Source of the DNA: Acidobacteriaceae bacterium
GTDB taxonomy: Bacteria; Acidobacteriota; Terriglobia; Terriglobales; Acidobacteriaceae
DNA length: 64,000 nt
NCBI GenBank assembly: GCA_003151335.1
Contig: PLXE01000112.1
Coordinates: forward strand, 2,981 to 66,980
Direction of reading: 5' to 3'
Shown piece after piece: positions 8,171-16,986 of this stretch. How positions within the stretch are numbered: position 1 is the first letter of the stretch; each line of letters starts with the position of its first letter. The notes beneath the pieces are model-generated. The model saw nothing but the letters and a program-made list of their open reading frames with translations. It had not been told where the DNA came from and did not search any database. The translations under genes were made by a program, and so were the position numbers.

Positions 8171-8974
8171 CTAACCTCGTTTGGCCAGAATCAGACGAAT
8201 GAAACCGACTGCGGCCCCGGCCAAGGCCAATGCAATCGTGGGCGGCTCTGGGGTCTGGCCCCCGCCACTATCCTCCTGGTCGGCGAATGCGGTGATTTCG
8301 TACCACTGATTCTCGTAGAGAGGGATGGTATTTGTTAGTTCACCGGAGAAGGTGTAGTTCCACGAACCGTTCGGACCAATCTGGTTCGCGATATCTTGGA
8401 ACAAAACGACCTGACCATCTACGGAGAGTGTGAATGCCACCTCGGAGCCGGCAAACAGTCCGGAGGAATCGGTCAAGAGGCTCTGCATGGAGTTGAGCAG
8501 GACCCCGAAGGTCACATTCACCGGGCCGCCTGCGCCGGTGATCTCGAACATGTTGTAAAGCGTCTCTTGGCCCACAGCGCTCGCGGCAATGAGTCCGCCG
8601 GGGATGTTCACTCCGCCAGAGCTCATCTGGATCAAGTTTAGGGCGTCGGCGGAGCTCTGTGCCGAGGCGAACTGCACACTGGCACTCGCCTGCGCCAGTC
8701 CGCCGAGGCTGGAGTTGTACTGCGAATTGTTCCCCCCCCAGCTGTTTTGCGCCTGCGCGAAGGCTTCTGCCGTCCAGGGGTCAAGGAAGACGATCATGCC
8801 GCTGCTGGAGGTCATCGTGAAGTCGCTGATCTGCATGTAACTGAAGCTGGTCGAGTCCGCATATAGTGGCGGAGAGATCAGAGTTGAAGCCGCCAGCAGG
8901 AACACCAGCGAAACTGTATAGACACAGACGAGCCGAAAGCGGGACGCAGGGAAAAAGCAGGCCAGGCGATTCAT
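8171..8974 (-). CDS. PEP-CTERM sorting-domain protein
   Basis: ATG at 8974 follows GGAGGGTGAG. There is an N-terminal hydrophobic signal. The C-terminus TPEPPTIALALAGAAVGFIRLILAKRG shows PEP, a TM helix and a basic tail. Confidence 0.7.
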   Translation of the reverse strand: MNRLACFFPASRFRLVCVYTVSLVFLLAASTLISPPLYADSTSFSYMQISDFTMTSSSGMIVFLDPWTAEAFAQAQNSWGGNNSQYNSSLGGLAQASASVQFASAQSSADALNLIQMSSGGVNIPGGLIAASAVGQETLYNMFEITGAGGPVNVTFGVLLNSMQSLLTDSSGLFAGSEVAFTLSVDGQVVLFQDIANQIGPNGSWNYTFSGELTNTIPLYENQWYEITAFADQEDSGGGQTPEPPTIALALAGAAVGFIRLILAKRG

Positions 8975-8975
8975 C

Positions 8976-9170
8976 TCACCCTCCAAATTGCTTAGGGACC
9001 CAGTAACCGAGCCGGTTGTCGCAGTGCACATTCCATCGACAATCGGCCGCGCCATAGAAGGCAGACGCGCGTTGTATTGCAGGCTCTTGAATGGTTGAGG
9101 CATAGCCGCCACTTGCGGACAGGACGGCACAGGTGATCAGCAGCAGCAATGGCCCACGGTGCTTGCTCAT
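8976..9170 (-). CDS. small secreted Cys-containing peptide, translationally coupled to the PEP-CTERM gene
   Basis: 64-aa ORF, MSKHRGPLLLLITCAVLSASGG..., that looks like a signal peptide. The mature ~42 aa carries DCRWNVHCD. Stop TGA (8978-8976) is followed by 1 nt and then the ATG of the next gene (TGAGATG). GAAGG lies upstream of its ATG. Confidence 0.4.
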   Translation of the reverse strand: MSKHRGPLLLLITCAVLSASGGYASTIQEPAIQRASAFYGAADCRWNVHCDNRLGYWVPKQFGG

Positions 9171-9480
9171 AGGGGACCTTCTTCGCTTGCTGATCGAGAG
9201 TTAGACGAAGTTGGAGTCGATGCGGGCTCGACAACCGGGGACGGTGAGCCGGCGACAGATCGATCTTGCCTGTCGTAGCTTTGCCCACTCACCAGCGCAC
9301 GCGATAGTCCAGAAGGGGCCTCGAAGCGTGCACTTTAATAAGCTAACTGTAGGACGAAGCTACGGCAGGTCAAGACCAAAATCGGAATTTCCTCTCATTT
9401 TTGTCCACAGCTTCCCGAATTGGAACCGAGTGCGGAAAAATGTGCGCCGAAACCCGCGGCTTGCACTTCTCGGTGGGAGC

Positions 9481-9700
9481 CCCGCATTTATGCGGGGGAA
9501 GGAGCGCCTCAGCGCTCCGGGAAAAGCTCGACTTCAATCAATGCGCTTTAGCGCCGGAATCGCGAAATCCCAGGGCTAAAGCCCATTTCAAAATCAAACG
9601 CTTTTCCGCTGGACTAAAGTCCAGCTTCCCCCTGCTGAAGCAGGGGGCTCCCACTAAAAGTCTTCCACAGACTTTTTCCGCAGCCTGTGAAGGCGTGCTC
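9481..9700. repeat. array of seven to eight different short stem-loops
   Basis: The hairpins are cccgcatttatgcggg (9481-9496), ggagcgcctcagcgctcc (9501-9518), gcgctttagcgc (9543-9554), gggctaaagccc (9573-9584), ctggactaaagtccag (9609-9624), ccccctgctgaagcaggggg (9628-9647) and aaaagtcttccacagactttt (9656-9676). Loops are mostly TTTA, TAAA or TGAA. Confidence 0.65.
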
Positions 9701-9858
9701 CACCCATCGCCTATACACCAGATGCGAAACTGCTATAGAGTTTCCAGTTTGCGGTTACGAGTCCCTGCGAGCGTTACTGCCCCGAGCGTTTGCGAAATAC
9801 TGCTACTGTGAGCGCGAGACTTGAAACCGGAAACCCACTTTCCAACGGAGGCCAGCGT

Positions 9859-11445
9859 ATGCGGCGCGGTTCGCGTTCTCTCACCACAGTTGTTGCAAGA
9901 TTGGCAATTGTCGCGGCGCTGCTCGCGCCGGCGACGACGATCGCGGCCAATCGCCCTGCGGTTTCCCAATCCCATTCCGACGAGGCCCGCGCCGAGCGCT
10001 ACTTCCAAAGCATTCGCAAGGACCCCAACCTGCTGCTGGCCTTTCTGCGCGAGATGCCCAAGGGAGGCGATCTCCACATTCACCTCACCGGATCGGTTTA
10101 CGCGGAATCGTACATCCTGTGGGCGTCGGAGGAAGGTGAGTGCGTTGATCCCCATGTCTTGTCCTTCAGCGCGCCCCCGTGCAACGCGCCTGCGGTGCCG
10201 GTTGCGAACGCCTTCGCCGATACCCAGCTGTACGGCAACATCGTTGACGCCATCTCGATGCGCAACTGGCAGTACTCGGGCCAGTCCGGACACGACCACT
10301 TCTTCGCGGTGTTCGGCAGGTACGTTCAGGCGACGAACGGCACCACCGACAAAGCGCTGGCGGAGACCGCCGCCCGCGCCGCTGCCCAGCACGAGATCTA
10401 TCAGGAGCTGATGCTTACGCCGACCGGCAAAGACCTGGAGACACTGGCCGAGTCGGTTGGTTGGGACGAGGATTTTGCCCGGCTGCAACAAAAGCTGCTG
10501 GCCGGCGGGTTGCCGCAGATTCTGGCTGCTGCCAGCCAAGAACTCAATGCGGCAGAGGCGTCGCGCGACAAACTCCTCCACTGCGGCGTTCCCGCCGCCG
10601 ATCCGGGATGCCAGGTTGTACAGCGCTACATAGCCCAGGTGTCACGGGGCAAGCCGAAAGAGGTGGTCTTCGCCCAGATTCTCACCGGCTTTCTGCTGGC
10701 GGGGGCCGACCCCAAGCTGGTTGCGCCCAACCCGCACGTGGTCGGCCTGAACCTGGTGATGGCGGAAGACTGGTATGTCCCCATGCGGGATTTTGCGCTG
10801 CACATGCGCATGCTCAATTACTTTCACGAACGCTATCCGCAGGTGCACATCGCGCTGCACGCGGGCGAACTGGTCGAGCGGCTTGTCCCTCCCAAGGACT
10901 TGCAGTTTCATGTGCGCGATTCGGTCGAGATGGGACACGCCGAACGCATCGGACATGGGGTTGACGTGATGAACGAAACTCGCCCCTTCGAGCTTTTGCG
11001 GGAGATGGCCGACCGCAATGTGATGGTGGAAATCTGCCTCACCAGCAACGACGTCATCCTCGGCGTGCGCGGGCCGCAGCATCCGCTAAGCGAGTACCTA
11101 CGCGCCGGTGTGCCGGTGGCGCTGGCCACCGATGACGAGGGCGTCTCCCGCTCGGACATAACCCACGAATATCTGAAGGGCGCACAGGAACAGAATCTCA
11201 GCTATCTGCAGTTGAAGAAAATGGCGCGCACCAGCCTGGAACACGCCTTCATCGGCGGCGCCAGCCTGTGGCGTGACGGGAAGGCGTTTAGCGTGGTCAA
11301 GGAATGCGAAAGCGAGAAGGCCGGAGCGACGCAACCGTCGGCGATATGTCAGAAGTTTCTCGATGGCAGCGAAAAGGCGCGGCTGCAATGGAAGTTGGAA
11401 ACCGAGTTCCGCCAGTTTGAAGCGAACACGTGGACGGTGCCGTGA
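9859..11445 (+). CDS. adenosine deaminase family protein, exported
   Basis: ATG at 9859 follows GGAG. There is a signal-like N-terminus. Motifs GGDLHIHLTGSVY, ALHAGE, HGVDV and ATDDEGVSRSD are typical of the adenosine/AMP deaminase metal site. Confidence 0.8.
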   Translation: MRRGSRSLTTVVARLAIVAALLAPATTIAANRPAVSQSHSDEARAERYFQSIRKDPNLLLAFLREMPKGGDLHIHLTGSVYAESYILWASEEGECVDPHVLSFSAPPCNAPAVPVANAFADTQLYGNIVDAISMRNWQYSGQSGHDHFFAVFGRYVQATNGTTDKALAETAARAAAQHEIYQELMLTPTGKDLETLAESVGWDEDFARLQQKLLAGGLPQILAAASQELNAAEASRDKLLHCGVPAADPGCQVVQRYIAQVSRGKPKEVVFAQILTGFLLAGADPKLVAPNPHVVGLNLVMAEDWYVPMRDFALHMRMLNYFHERYPQVHIALHAGELVERLVPPKDLQFHVRDSVEMGHAERIGHGVDVMNETRPFELLREMADRNVMVEICLTSNDVILGVRGPQHPLSEYLRAGVPVALATDDEGVSRSDITHEYLKGAQEQNLSYLQLKKMARTSLEHAFIGGASLWRDGKAFSVVKECESEKAGATQPSAICQKFLDGSEKARLQWKLETEFRQFEANTWTVP

Positions 11446-11457
11446 GATCGATTGGGT

Positions 11458-11619
11458 TCACCACAGAGACACGGAGGCACAGAGAAGATTTATTACCACG
11501 GACGACACGGAGATTGATTTTTCGTTCTCTTTAGTAATTCTTGGTTTTTCCCCGCGACCTCGGTGCTCTCCGTGGTGACAAGGTCCTTCTTCTCTGTGTC
11601 TCTGCGCCTCTGTGGTTGC
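11458..11619. repeat. inverted-repeat element (CCACAGAGRCACGGAG family), copy 1
   Basis: The left arm is ttcaccacagagacacggaggcacagagaag (11458-11488). The right arm is cttctctgtgtctctgcgcctctgtggttgc (11589-11619). The arms are complementary at 24/31 positions by hand. There is an inner sub-repeat, ttaccacggacgacacggagat. It lies between the deaminase stop and the permease start. Confidence 0.7.
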
Positions 11620-11671
11620 CGTCTCATGCCGCAAACCGCAAATTCCATGTAGACTTTGAAAAACTCCTCGC

Positions 11672-13159
11672 ATGGGTCAGGAAACAACTTTGGGTAACAG
11701 TTTGCCAGCCGCCGCATCGAAAACCTCCTATCCCCCTGTCGCGAACTCAGGCAGCGCTGCCGTTGCTGCGAAGCGTACTCAATTACGCCGGGTATTTCGC
11801 GTGCGGGACGGCGTCGCGCTGATCATCTCCAACGTGGTTGGCGTCGGCATCTTCACCACGCCCGCCATCATCGCCAAGCTGGTGCCCGAACCCCGCGCCA
11901 TGCTTGCCCTTTGGATTGCCGGTGGATGCCTCGCCCTGGCTGGCGCAATGTCGTATGCGCAATTAGGACGGAGATGGCCGTCAGCCGGAGGAGAATACAT
12001 TTACCTCTCCAAGGCCTACGGCCCAACCGCCGGCTTTCTTTCCGGCTGGACATCGCTGATAGCCGGCTTCTCCGGGGCCGTGGCCGCCAGCGCCGTGGGG
12101 CTGGTCATTTATCTTGGCCAGTATTTTCCCAGGCTGGCGTCGGACCACGCATTGCTTTCCATCAACTTCTATGTGGGAGCATTCACGTTTTCACCGCGCT
12201 CGCTCACCGCGGCTGCCATTATCGTCGTGTTCGCCGTCTTACACGCCTGTCACTTGGGAGCCGGCAAGCTGACGCAAAATGCGCTGGCCCTCCTGATCTT
12301 GGCGATCGTCCTTCTCTTTTGCCTGTTTGGATTTGCCGTGGGGACGGGTTCATGGTCGCACTTCCAGTCGGCCCACATACCTATCCGTCCGATGAACTGG
12401 CTGCTCGCTCTGATTCCCATCATGTTCACTTACAGCGGCTGGAATGCAGCCTCGTATATCTCGGAGGAGTTGCACGACACGCGGCGCATGATCGGCCCCG
12501 CGCTGCTGATCGGGACTTCCATTATCGTCGGTCTCTATTTCCTTCTGAACACGCTGTACTTGTATGCGATTCCGCCCGCCGCCATGCAAGATGCCGTAAA
12601 TGTCGGCGACGTGACAGCGCACGCGTTGTTCGGAGTGGGGAGAAACTTCGTGACTCCGGCGCTGATCGTCGCTCTGCTGGGCGCCGTCAGCGCCATGACT
12701 ATCGCGGGACCGCGCGTTTACTTCGCCATGGCCCGCGACGGGGCTTTTGTGCCAGGCTTCGACCGCACCAGCCCACGATTCGGCACGCCTGCGCTGGCCA
12801 TTGCGCTGCAAGCTTTGTGGTGCGTGGTGCTGGTGATGGCTGGCGGGTTCTATCAGCTTCTGATGTATACCGGATTCACGATTCTGTTGTCTTCGGGCGC
12901 GGCGGTGGCGGGACTGTTCGTAGTCCAGCGACGCGAATTGCGATCCAACCCCAAGCTCTGGCTCAAGATGTTGGCGCCTGCAATTTTCGTCATCGCCTGC
13001 GCCGCCATCGTTGTCAACGCGGTGGTGGGAGCTCCCAAGACCGCGCTGGTTGGTTGTCTGCTGATCGCGGCTGGACTTCCGGTTTTCTTCTGGTCAAGGC
13101 GGCGAAAAGCTGCGGAACCGGCCGCCGGACCCGAAACGACCGTTGTCGAAGCAGGGTAA
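11672..13159 (+). CDS. APC-family amino acid permease
   Basis: 495 aa, polytopic and hydrophobic throughout. The N-terminal motif LIISNVVGVGIFTTPAII is typical of APC transporters. Confidence 0.8.
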   Translation: MGQETTLGNSLPAAASKTSYPPVANSGSAAVAAKRTQLRRVFRVRDGVALIISNVVGVGIFTTPAIIAKLVPEPRAMLALWIAGGCLALAGAMSYAQLGRRWPSAGGEYIYLSKAYGPTAGFLSGWTSLIAGFSGAVAASAVGLVIYLGQYFPRLASDHALLSINFYVGAFTFSPRSLTAAAIIVVFAVLHACHLGAGKLTQNALALLILAIVLLFCLFGFAVGTGSWSHFQSAHIPIRPMNWLLALIPIMFTYSGWNAASYISEELHDTRRMIGPALLIGTSIIVGLYFLLNTLYLYAIPPAAMQDAVNVGDVTAHALFGVGRNFVTPALIVALLGAVSAMTIAGPRVYFAMARDGAFVPGFDRTSPRFGTPALAIALQALWCVVLVMAGGFYQLLMYTGFTILLSSGAAVAGLFVVQRRELRSNPKLWLKMLAPAIFVIACAAIVVNAVVGAPKTALVGCLLIAAGLPVFFWSRRRKAAEPAAGPETTVVEAG

Positions 13160-13184
13160 AGAGGCTGCTGAAAAAATCGGGAAA

Positions 13185-13226
13185 GCAGATCCCTCGCGGG
13201 TTTTAAACCCGCTCGTGATGACAAAA
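13185..13226. repeat. REP-like element, reverse orientation
   Basis: Sequence is gcagatccctcgcgggttttaaacccgctcgtgatgacaaaa. It is nearly the reverse complement of 47073-47115. A hairpin ggcgcacctgaaggtgcgcc follows it. Confidence 0.65.
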
Positions 13227-13278
13227 ACTAAAGCGCTTAACGGCGCACCTGAAGGTGCGCCCCTGCTTTTGCGAGTCT

Positions 13279-15147
13279 TCACTCCACCGTAACCGACTTC
13301 GCCAAATTGCGCGGTTGATCCACGTCGCAGCCGCGGCGCACGGCAATGTGATACGCCAGCAACTGGCAGGGAACCACCTCCAGAATTGGCGCGAGCAGTT
13401 CGGGCGCATCGGGAACGTAGAGGACGTGGTCGGCGGCTTCGCGAATCTCCTCGTCGCCGTCGGTGGCGATGGCGATCACCGTTCCAGAGCGCGCTTTCAC
13501 TTCCTTCAGGTTCGACAGCGTCTTCTCGTAGCGCAGCACCGAGCCGGGATCGGTCTTGTCGTGCGTAGCCAGAATCACCACGGGAAGGTCTTCGTCGATC
13601 AGCGCGTTCGGCCCGTGCTTCATCTCGCCCGCGGGATAGCCCTCGGCGTGAATGTAGGAGATTTCCTTCAACTTCAATGCGCCTTCCAGCGCGATGGGGT
13701 AGTGAATGCCGCGTCCTAGAAACAGGAAGTCGTGGGCGCGGTGGTATTCCTTGGCAAGATCTTCGGTTTCCTCGTCGCGCGTCAGCAGAGTCTCCAGCTT
13801 GCCGGGCATGAGAGTGAGATCGGTAAGGAGCTGCTTGGAGTGGTCGAGATCGAGTTTTCCACGCACCAGGCCGAGGTGGACCGCGAACAGGAACAGTGCG
13901 GTCAGTTGCGCAGTGAAAGCCTTCGTCGAGGCCACGCCAATCTCCGGCCCGGCATGGGTGTAGATGGTGCCGTTGGCTTCGCGCGCGATCATGGAGCCCA
14001 CCACGTTGCAGATGCCTACCGTCTTCGAGCCTTTGGCGCGCGACTCGCGCATGGCCGCGATGGTGTCAGCGGTCTCGCCTGACTGCGTAATCAAGATGGT
14101 CAGATCACCGGGTCCGGTCAGCGGATCGCGATAGCGGAACTCGCTGGAATAATCCACCTCCACCGAAAGCTTGGCCAGCCGCTCAATCATGAACTTGCCC
14201 GCCAGTCCAGCGTGCCAGCTGGTGCCGCAAGCCGCGATATACACCTTCTCCAATTTGCGGAAATCTTCGTCGGTGATGTCCATCTCGTCGAGGAACACCT
14301 TGCCGGAGTCGAGCGAGACGCGGCCCAGCGTGGTATCGCGCACCGCTCGCGGCTGCTCGTAGATTTCCTTCAGCATGAAATGCTTGAAGCCGCCCTTCTC
14401 CGCCATAATGGGGTCCCAGGTGATGTGCTGCACCTGGCGGGTGATGGGCTGGCCCTCGAAGTCGGTGAGTTGCACGCCCGAGGACGTGATGACAGCAAGG
14501 TCGCCGTCGGCGAGAAAGAACAGGTCGCGAGTGTGGTACAGGATGGCCGGCACATCGCTGGCGACGAAGTATTCATCTTTGCCCAGACCGATGACTGCGG
14601 GCGGGCCATTGCGAGCGGCCACAATTTTGTTGGGCTCGTCGGCCGAGATGACGGCGATGGCGAACACGCCGGTCAGCAGCTTCACCGTCTTGCGCACGGC
14701 TTCTTCCAGCGGAACCTTGCGATCCGCCTCGGAAAGGTTTTTCTCGATGAGGTGGGCGATCACTTCGGTGTCGGTCTCGGTGCGAAATTTGTGGCCTTCG
14801 TCGATCAGCTTCTTCTTCAGGGCGACGTAGTTCTCCACGATGCCGTTGTGCACAACCACGACCTTGCCGGTGCAATCGCGGTGGGGATGCGCGTTCTCTT
14901 CGGTGGGACGGCCATGGGTGGCCCAGCGGGTATGGCCAATGCCGTAGGTGCCGTCGAGCGGCTTGAGGCGGATGACCTCCTCCAGGTTGCGCAGCTTGCC
15001 CTCGGCGCGGCGCACCTGCAAACCATCGCCGTTGCCGCCCACGGCAATACCGGCCGAGTCATAGCCGCGATATTCGAGGCGGCGCAAGCCGTCAATGATG
15101 ACCGGCACAACCCGCTTTTTCCCGACGTAGCCAACGATGCCGCACAT
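13279..15147 (-). CDS. glmS: glutamine--fructose-6-phosphate aminotransferase
   Basis: 622 aa. It begins MCGIVGY (Ntn amidotransferase Cys), has two SIS domains and ends VTVE. Confidence 0.97.
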   Translation of the reverse strand: MCGIVGYVGKKRVVPVIIDGLRRLEYRGYDSAGIAVGGNGDGLQVRRAEGKLRNLEEVIRLKPLDGTYGIGHTRWATHGRPTEENAHPHRDCTGKVVVVHNGIVENYVALKKKLIDEGHKFRTETDTEVIAHLIEKNLSEADRKVPLEEAVRKTVKLLTGVFAIAVISADEPNKIVAARNGPPAVIGLGKDEYFVASDVPAILYHTRDLFFLADGDLAVITSSGVQLTDFEGQPITRQVQHITWDPIMAEKGGFKHFMLKEIYEQPRAVRDTTLGRVSLDSGKVFLDEMDITDEDFRKLEKVYIAACGTSWHAGLAGKFMIERLAKLSVEVDYSSEFRYRDPLTGPGDLTILITQSGETADTIAAMRESRAKGSKTVGICNVVGSMIAREANGTIYTHAGPEIGVASTKAFTAQLTALFLFAVHLGLVRGKLDLDHSKQLLTDLTLMPGKLETLLTRDEETEDLAKEYHRAHDFLFLGRGIHYPIALEGALKLKEISYIHAEGYPAGEMKHGPNALIDEDLPVVILATHDKTDPGSVLRYEKTLSNLKEVKARSGTVIAIATDGDEEIREAADHVLYVPDAPELLAPILEVVPCQLLAYHIAVRRGCDVDQPRNLAKSVTVE

Positions 15148-15150
15148 AAA

Positions 15151-15198
15151 TGTCAGTTGCCTGTAGTCAGTTGTCAGTGGCCAGTTAATCTTAGCTGA
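15151..15198. repeat. heptamer-phased repeat tract
   Basis: Sequence is tgtcagttgcctgtagtcagttgtcagtggccagttaatcttagctga, with 7-nt periodicity (CAGTNNN). It abuts the glmS start codon. Confidence 0.6.
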
Positions 15199-15313
15199 TT
15201 TGATGAGCCAGAGGGAGTTCCTGACACCGAAGATTGGATTACGAAAGGGTACTCACGCTTAACGCTCGCAGGGAAATGCCGGAGCCGTCGGCGAGAATCC
15301 GCCGCCGGGTGGT

Positions 15314-15559
15314 TCATCCCTCAATGGTGAAGCGGTACTCCTCGATGACGGGATTGGTGAGCACTTCGCGCGCGATGCGCTCCACCTCAGCCTGCGCCGC
15401 TTCGCGGGTGACGCTGCTGTCCAGAGCAATCTCGAAATATTTGCCCTGGCGCAGGTCGTCGATGCCGCGGTACCCCATCTTCTTCAGCGCGCCGTGGATG
15501 GTTTTGCCTTGAGGGTCGAGCACACTTTTCTTCAGCGAGACGTAAACGTAGGCTTTCAT
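15314..15559 (-). CDS. purS: phosphoribosylformylglycinamidine synthase subunit PurS
   Basis: 81 aa. The translation MKAYVYVSLKKSVLDPQGKTIHGALKKMGYRGIDDLRQGKYFEI... matches the PurS pattern. Confidence 0.9.
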   Translation of the reverse strand: MKAYVYVSLKKSVLDPQGKTIHGALKKMGYRGIDDLRQGKYFEIALDSSVTREAAQAEVERIAREVLTNPVIEEYRFTIEG

Positions 15560-15580
15560 GGGTGGAGTTCATTATAAGCC

Positions 15581-15628
15581 GTCAGCGGTTAGCTATCAGC
15601 TTTCAGCTATGCATTAGCGCCCAGCAGC
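15581..15628. repeat. heptamer-phased repeat tract
   Basis: Sequence is gtcagcggttagctatcagctttcagctatgcattagcgcccagcagcc, with 7-nt phasing of AGC/CAGC. Confidence 0.55.
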
Positions 15629-15648
15629 CGTTCCAGCGGCAAGAAACA

Positions 15649-15680
15649 GCAGATTCCTCGCTTCGCTCGTAATGACAATT
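15649..15680. repeat. REP-like element, reverse orientation (short form)
   Basis: Sequence is gcagattcctcgcttcgctcgtaatgacaatt. Its reverse complement is gtcattacgagcgaagcgaggaatctgc. Confidence 0.6.
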
Positions 15681-15687
15681 CAAATCT

Positions 15688-16092
15688 TTATTTCGACGGC
15701 GGCTTGAACTGCTCGTCGATATCGACCTGATAGCCGTTTACCAGCCGATTATTTTCATTTGCCATGCCAACTACCGACATCATCTCGTGGAACATCTTAT
15801 CGGTCATGCCTTTCTTGCGCGCCGAGACAGTGTGAGCGGCAACACAATACGGGCATCCATTAGTGACGCTCACCGCCAGGTAGATGAGTTCTTTGACCAC
15901 CGCATCCAGCGCACCTGGCGCCATAATCTGTTTGGTGTCCTCCCAGGTACGTTTCAACAGTTCCGGATCGTGCGCAATGGCCTTCCAGAAATTATTGATC
16001 CAGTCTGTCTTGCGCGTCGCCATGATGTCGTCATACACCGCCTGTACTTCCGGGCTGGCGTTTTTGTATTCGACGAAGCCAAGTGTAGCCAT
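15688..16092 (-). CDS. carboxymuconolactone decarboxylase (AhpD-like) family protein
   Basis: 134 aa. The CPYCVAAH CxxC motif sits in an AhpD-like helical context. Confidence 0.8.
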   Translation of the reverse strand: MATLGFVEYKNASPEVQAVYDDIMATRKTDWINNFWKAIAHDPELLKRTWEDTKQIMAPGALDAVVKELIYLAVSVTNGCPYCVAAHTVSARKKGMTDKMFHEMMSVVGMANENNRLVNGYQVDIDEQFKPPSK

Positions 16093-16130
16093 GTGTCCTC
16101 CTGAAAGTGCGATGGGCGCGCTCGACGCGC

Positions 16131-16748
16131 CTATGCCGTTGACTGCCTCTGTTGGACTCGCTCCCGCACAAACTCGACCAGTTCAGGCGTCACATACTGC
16201 GGCGGTCGGATGTGGAACCTCGGTTTGGCGGCGACTGGCTTCAAGGAGACGTTCGTCCAGGCGACATCGCCACTGCCGTCGTGCACGATTATGGCGTCGG
16301 CGCGATCGAGAAATTCCTGCGCCGAGGACTTGAAGTCGGCGGTCGCCGGGTCGAGCACCGTCAGGTAAAGGTCGGGGCGCAGGAAGCGCATTATCGAATT
16401 GGATTCGACGATCGCGTTCTCGGCGGCAGCGAGTTCCTGGCGGACGCGCGGCATGGCTTCCGCCAGCATTCCCTGTCGGGTCCGCACCCAGAGCGCGCGA
16501 GTTGCGCCACAGACGAGAAAGCGCGAGGTGTCGCTGTCGCCGCTGCGATCACGCTCTTCGGTTACCGCCCAACTGTGGTCGTCGGTGGCGCAGTCGCAGA
16601 GTTCGCCGTTGGCGGAACAAATGCCGTGTCCGTATTGCGTGATCTTGATGGCCGTCCAGTGAAACTCGGGGAGCGCGGCAATCAAGCCGGCGACCACGCT
16701 GGTCTTGCCTACGCTGCGAGAATGTCCGCCGATGACGATGAGGGCCAT
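16131..16748 (-). CDS. P-loop NTPase, MobB-like, function unknown
   Basis: 205 aa. It has Walker A GGHSRSVGKTS at the N-terminus and a Cys/His cluster, YGHGICSANGELCDCATDDH. The family assignment is tentative. Confidence 0.4.
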   Translation of the reverse strand: MALIVIGGHSRSVGKTSVVAGLIAALPEFHWTAIKITQYGHGICSANGELCDCATDDHSWAVTEERDRSGDSDTSRFLVCGATRALWVRTRQGMLAEAMPRVRQELAAAENAIVESNSIMRFLRPDLYLTVLDPATADFKSSAQEFLDRADAIIVHDGSGDVAWTNVSLKPVAAKPRFHIRPPQYVTPELVEFVRERVQQRQSTA

Positions 16749-16784
16749 GAGTAAACCGCAACTGGCAATTAGTGTAGATGTGTC

Positions 16785-16866
16785 GCCGGCTGAAGCCGGC
16801 TCGGGATTTCAGCCTTAACCCAGGACTTACGTCCTGGGCTAACATTATGCCGCCCGCTGCGCGGGC
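16785..16866. repeat. cluster of three short stem-loops
   Basis: The hairpins are gccggctgaagccggc (16785-16800), cccaggacttacgtcctggg (16819-16838) and gcccgctgcgcgggc (16852-16866). They are the same style as the 9481-9700 array. Confidence 0.55.
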
Positions 16867-16947
16867 TAGTTTCGTGCCTGTATCGCTGCCCGTCAGCATG
16901 AGGCAAGACGCTTGGGTTAACGCTAAACGCAAGGGCCTAGCGTGAAA

Positions 16948-16986
16948 TGCTAACTTGTAACTTCTCCCTGCTGATTGCTAACTGCT
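16948..16986. repeat. heptamer-phased repeat tract overlapping the lpxD stop
   Basis: Sequence is tgctaacttgtaacttctccctgctgattgctaactgct. On the reverse strand it reads agcagtt agcaatc agcaggg agaagtt acaagtt agca. Confidence 0.5.

Noticed and set aside
9700-9858. Purine riboswitch upstream of the adenosine deaminase gene
   Set aside because: There is no resemblance to the purine-riboswitch three-way junction consensus. The region contains only generic hairpins.
14212-15198. Long antisense ORFs opposite well-supported genes, for example 14212..15198 opposite glmS. Others are 1592..2623, 41638..42849, 53840..55051, 57807..58961 and 62200..63345.
   Set aside because: Each lies opposite a gene with strong family motifs. 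High GC suppresses stop codons in the antisense frames. No motifs were recognised in them.
15148-15313. Possible glmS ribozyme or riboswitch in the glmS leader
   Set aside because: Reading the reverse strand, I found none of the conserved glmS ribozyme core strings I remember. The leader is occupied by the heptamer-phased repeat instead. Only a covariance-model scan could exclude it formally.
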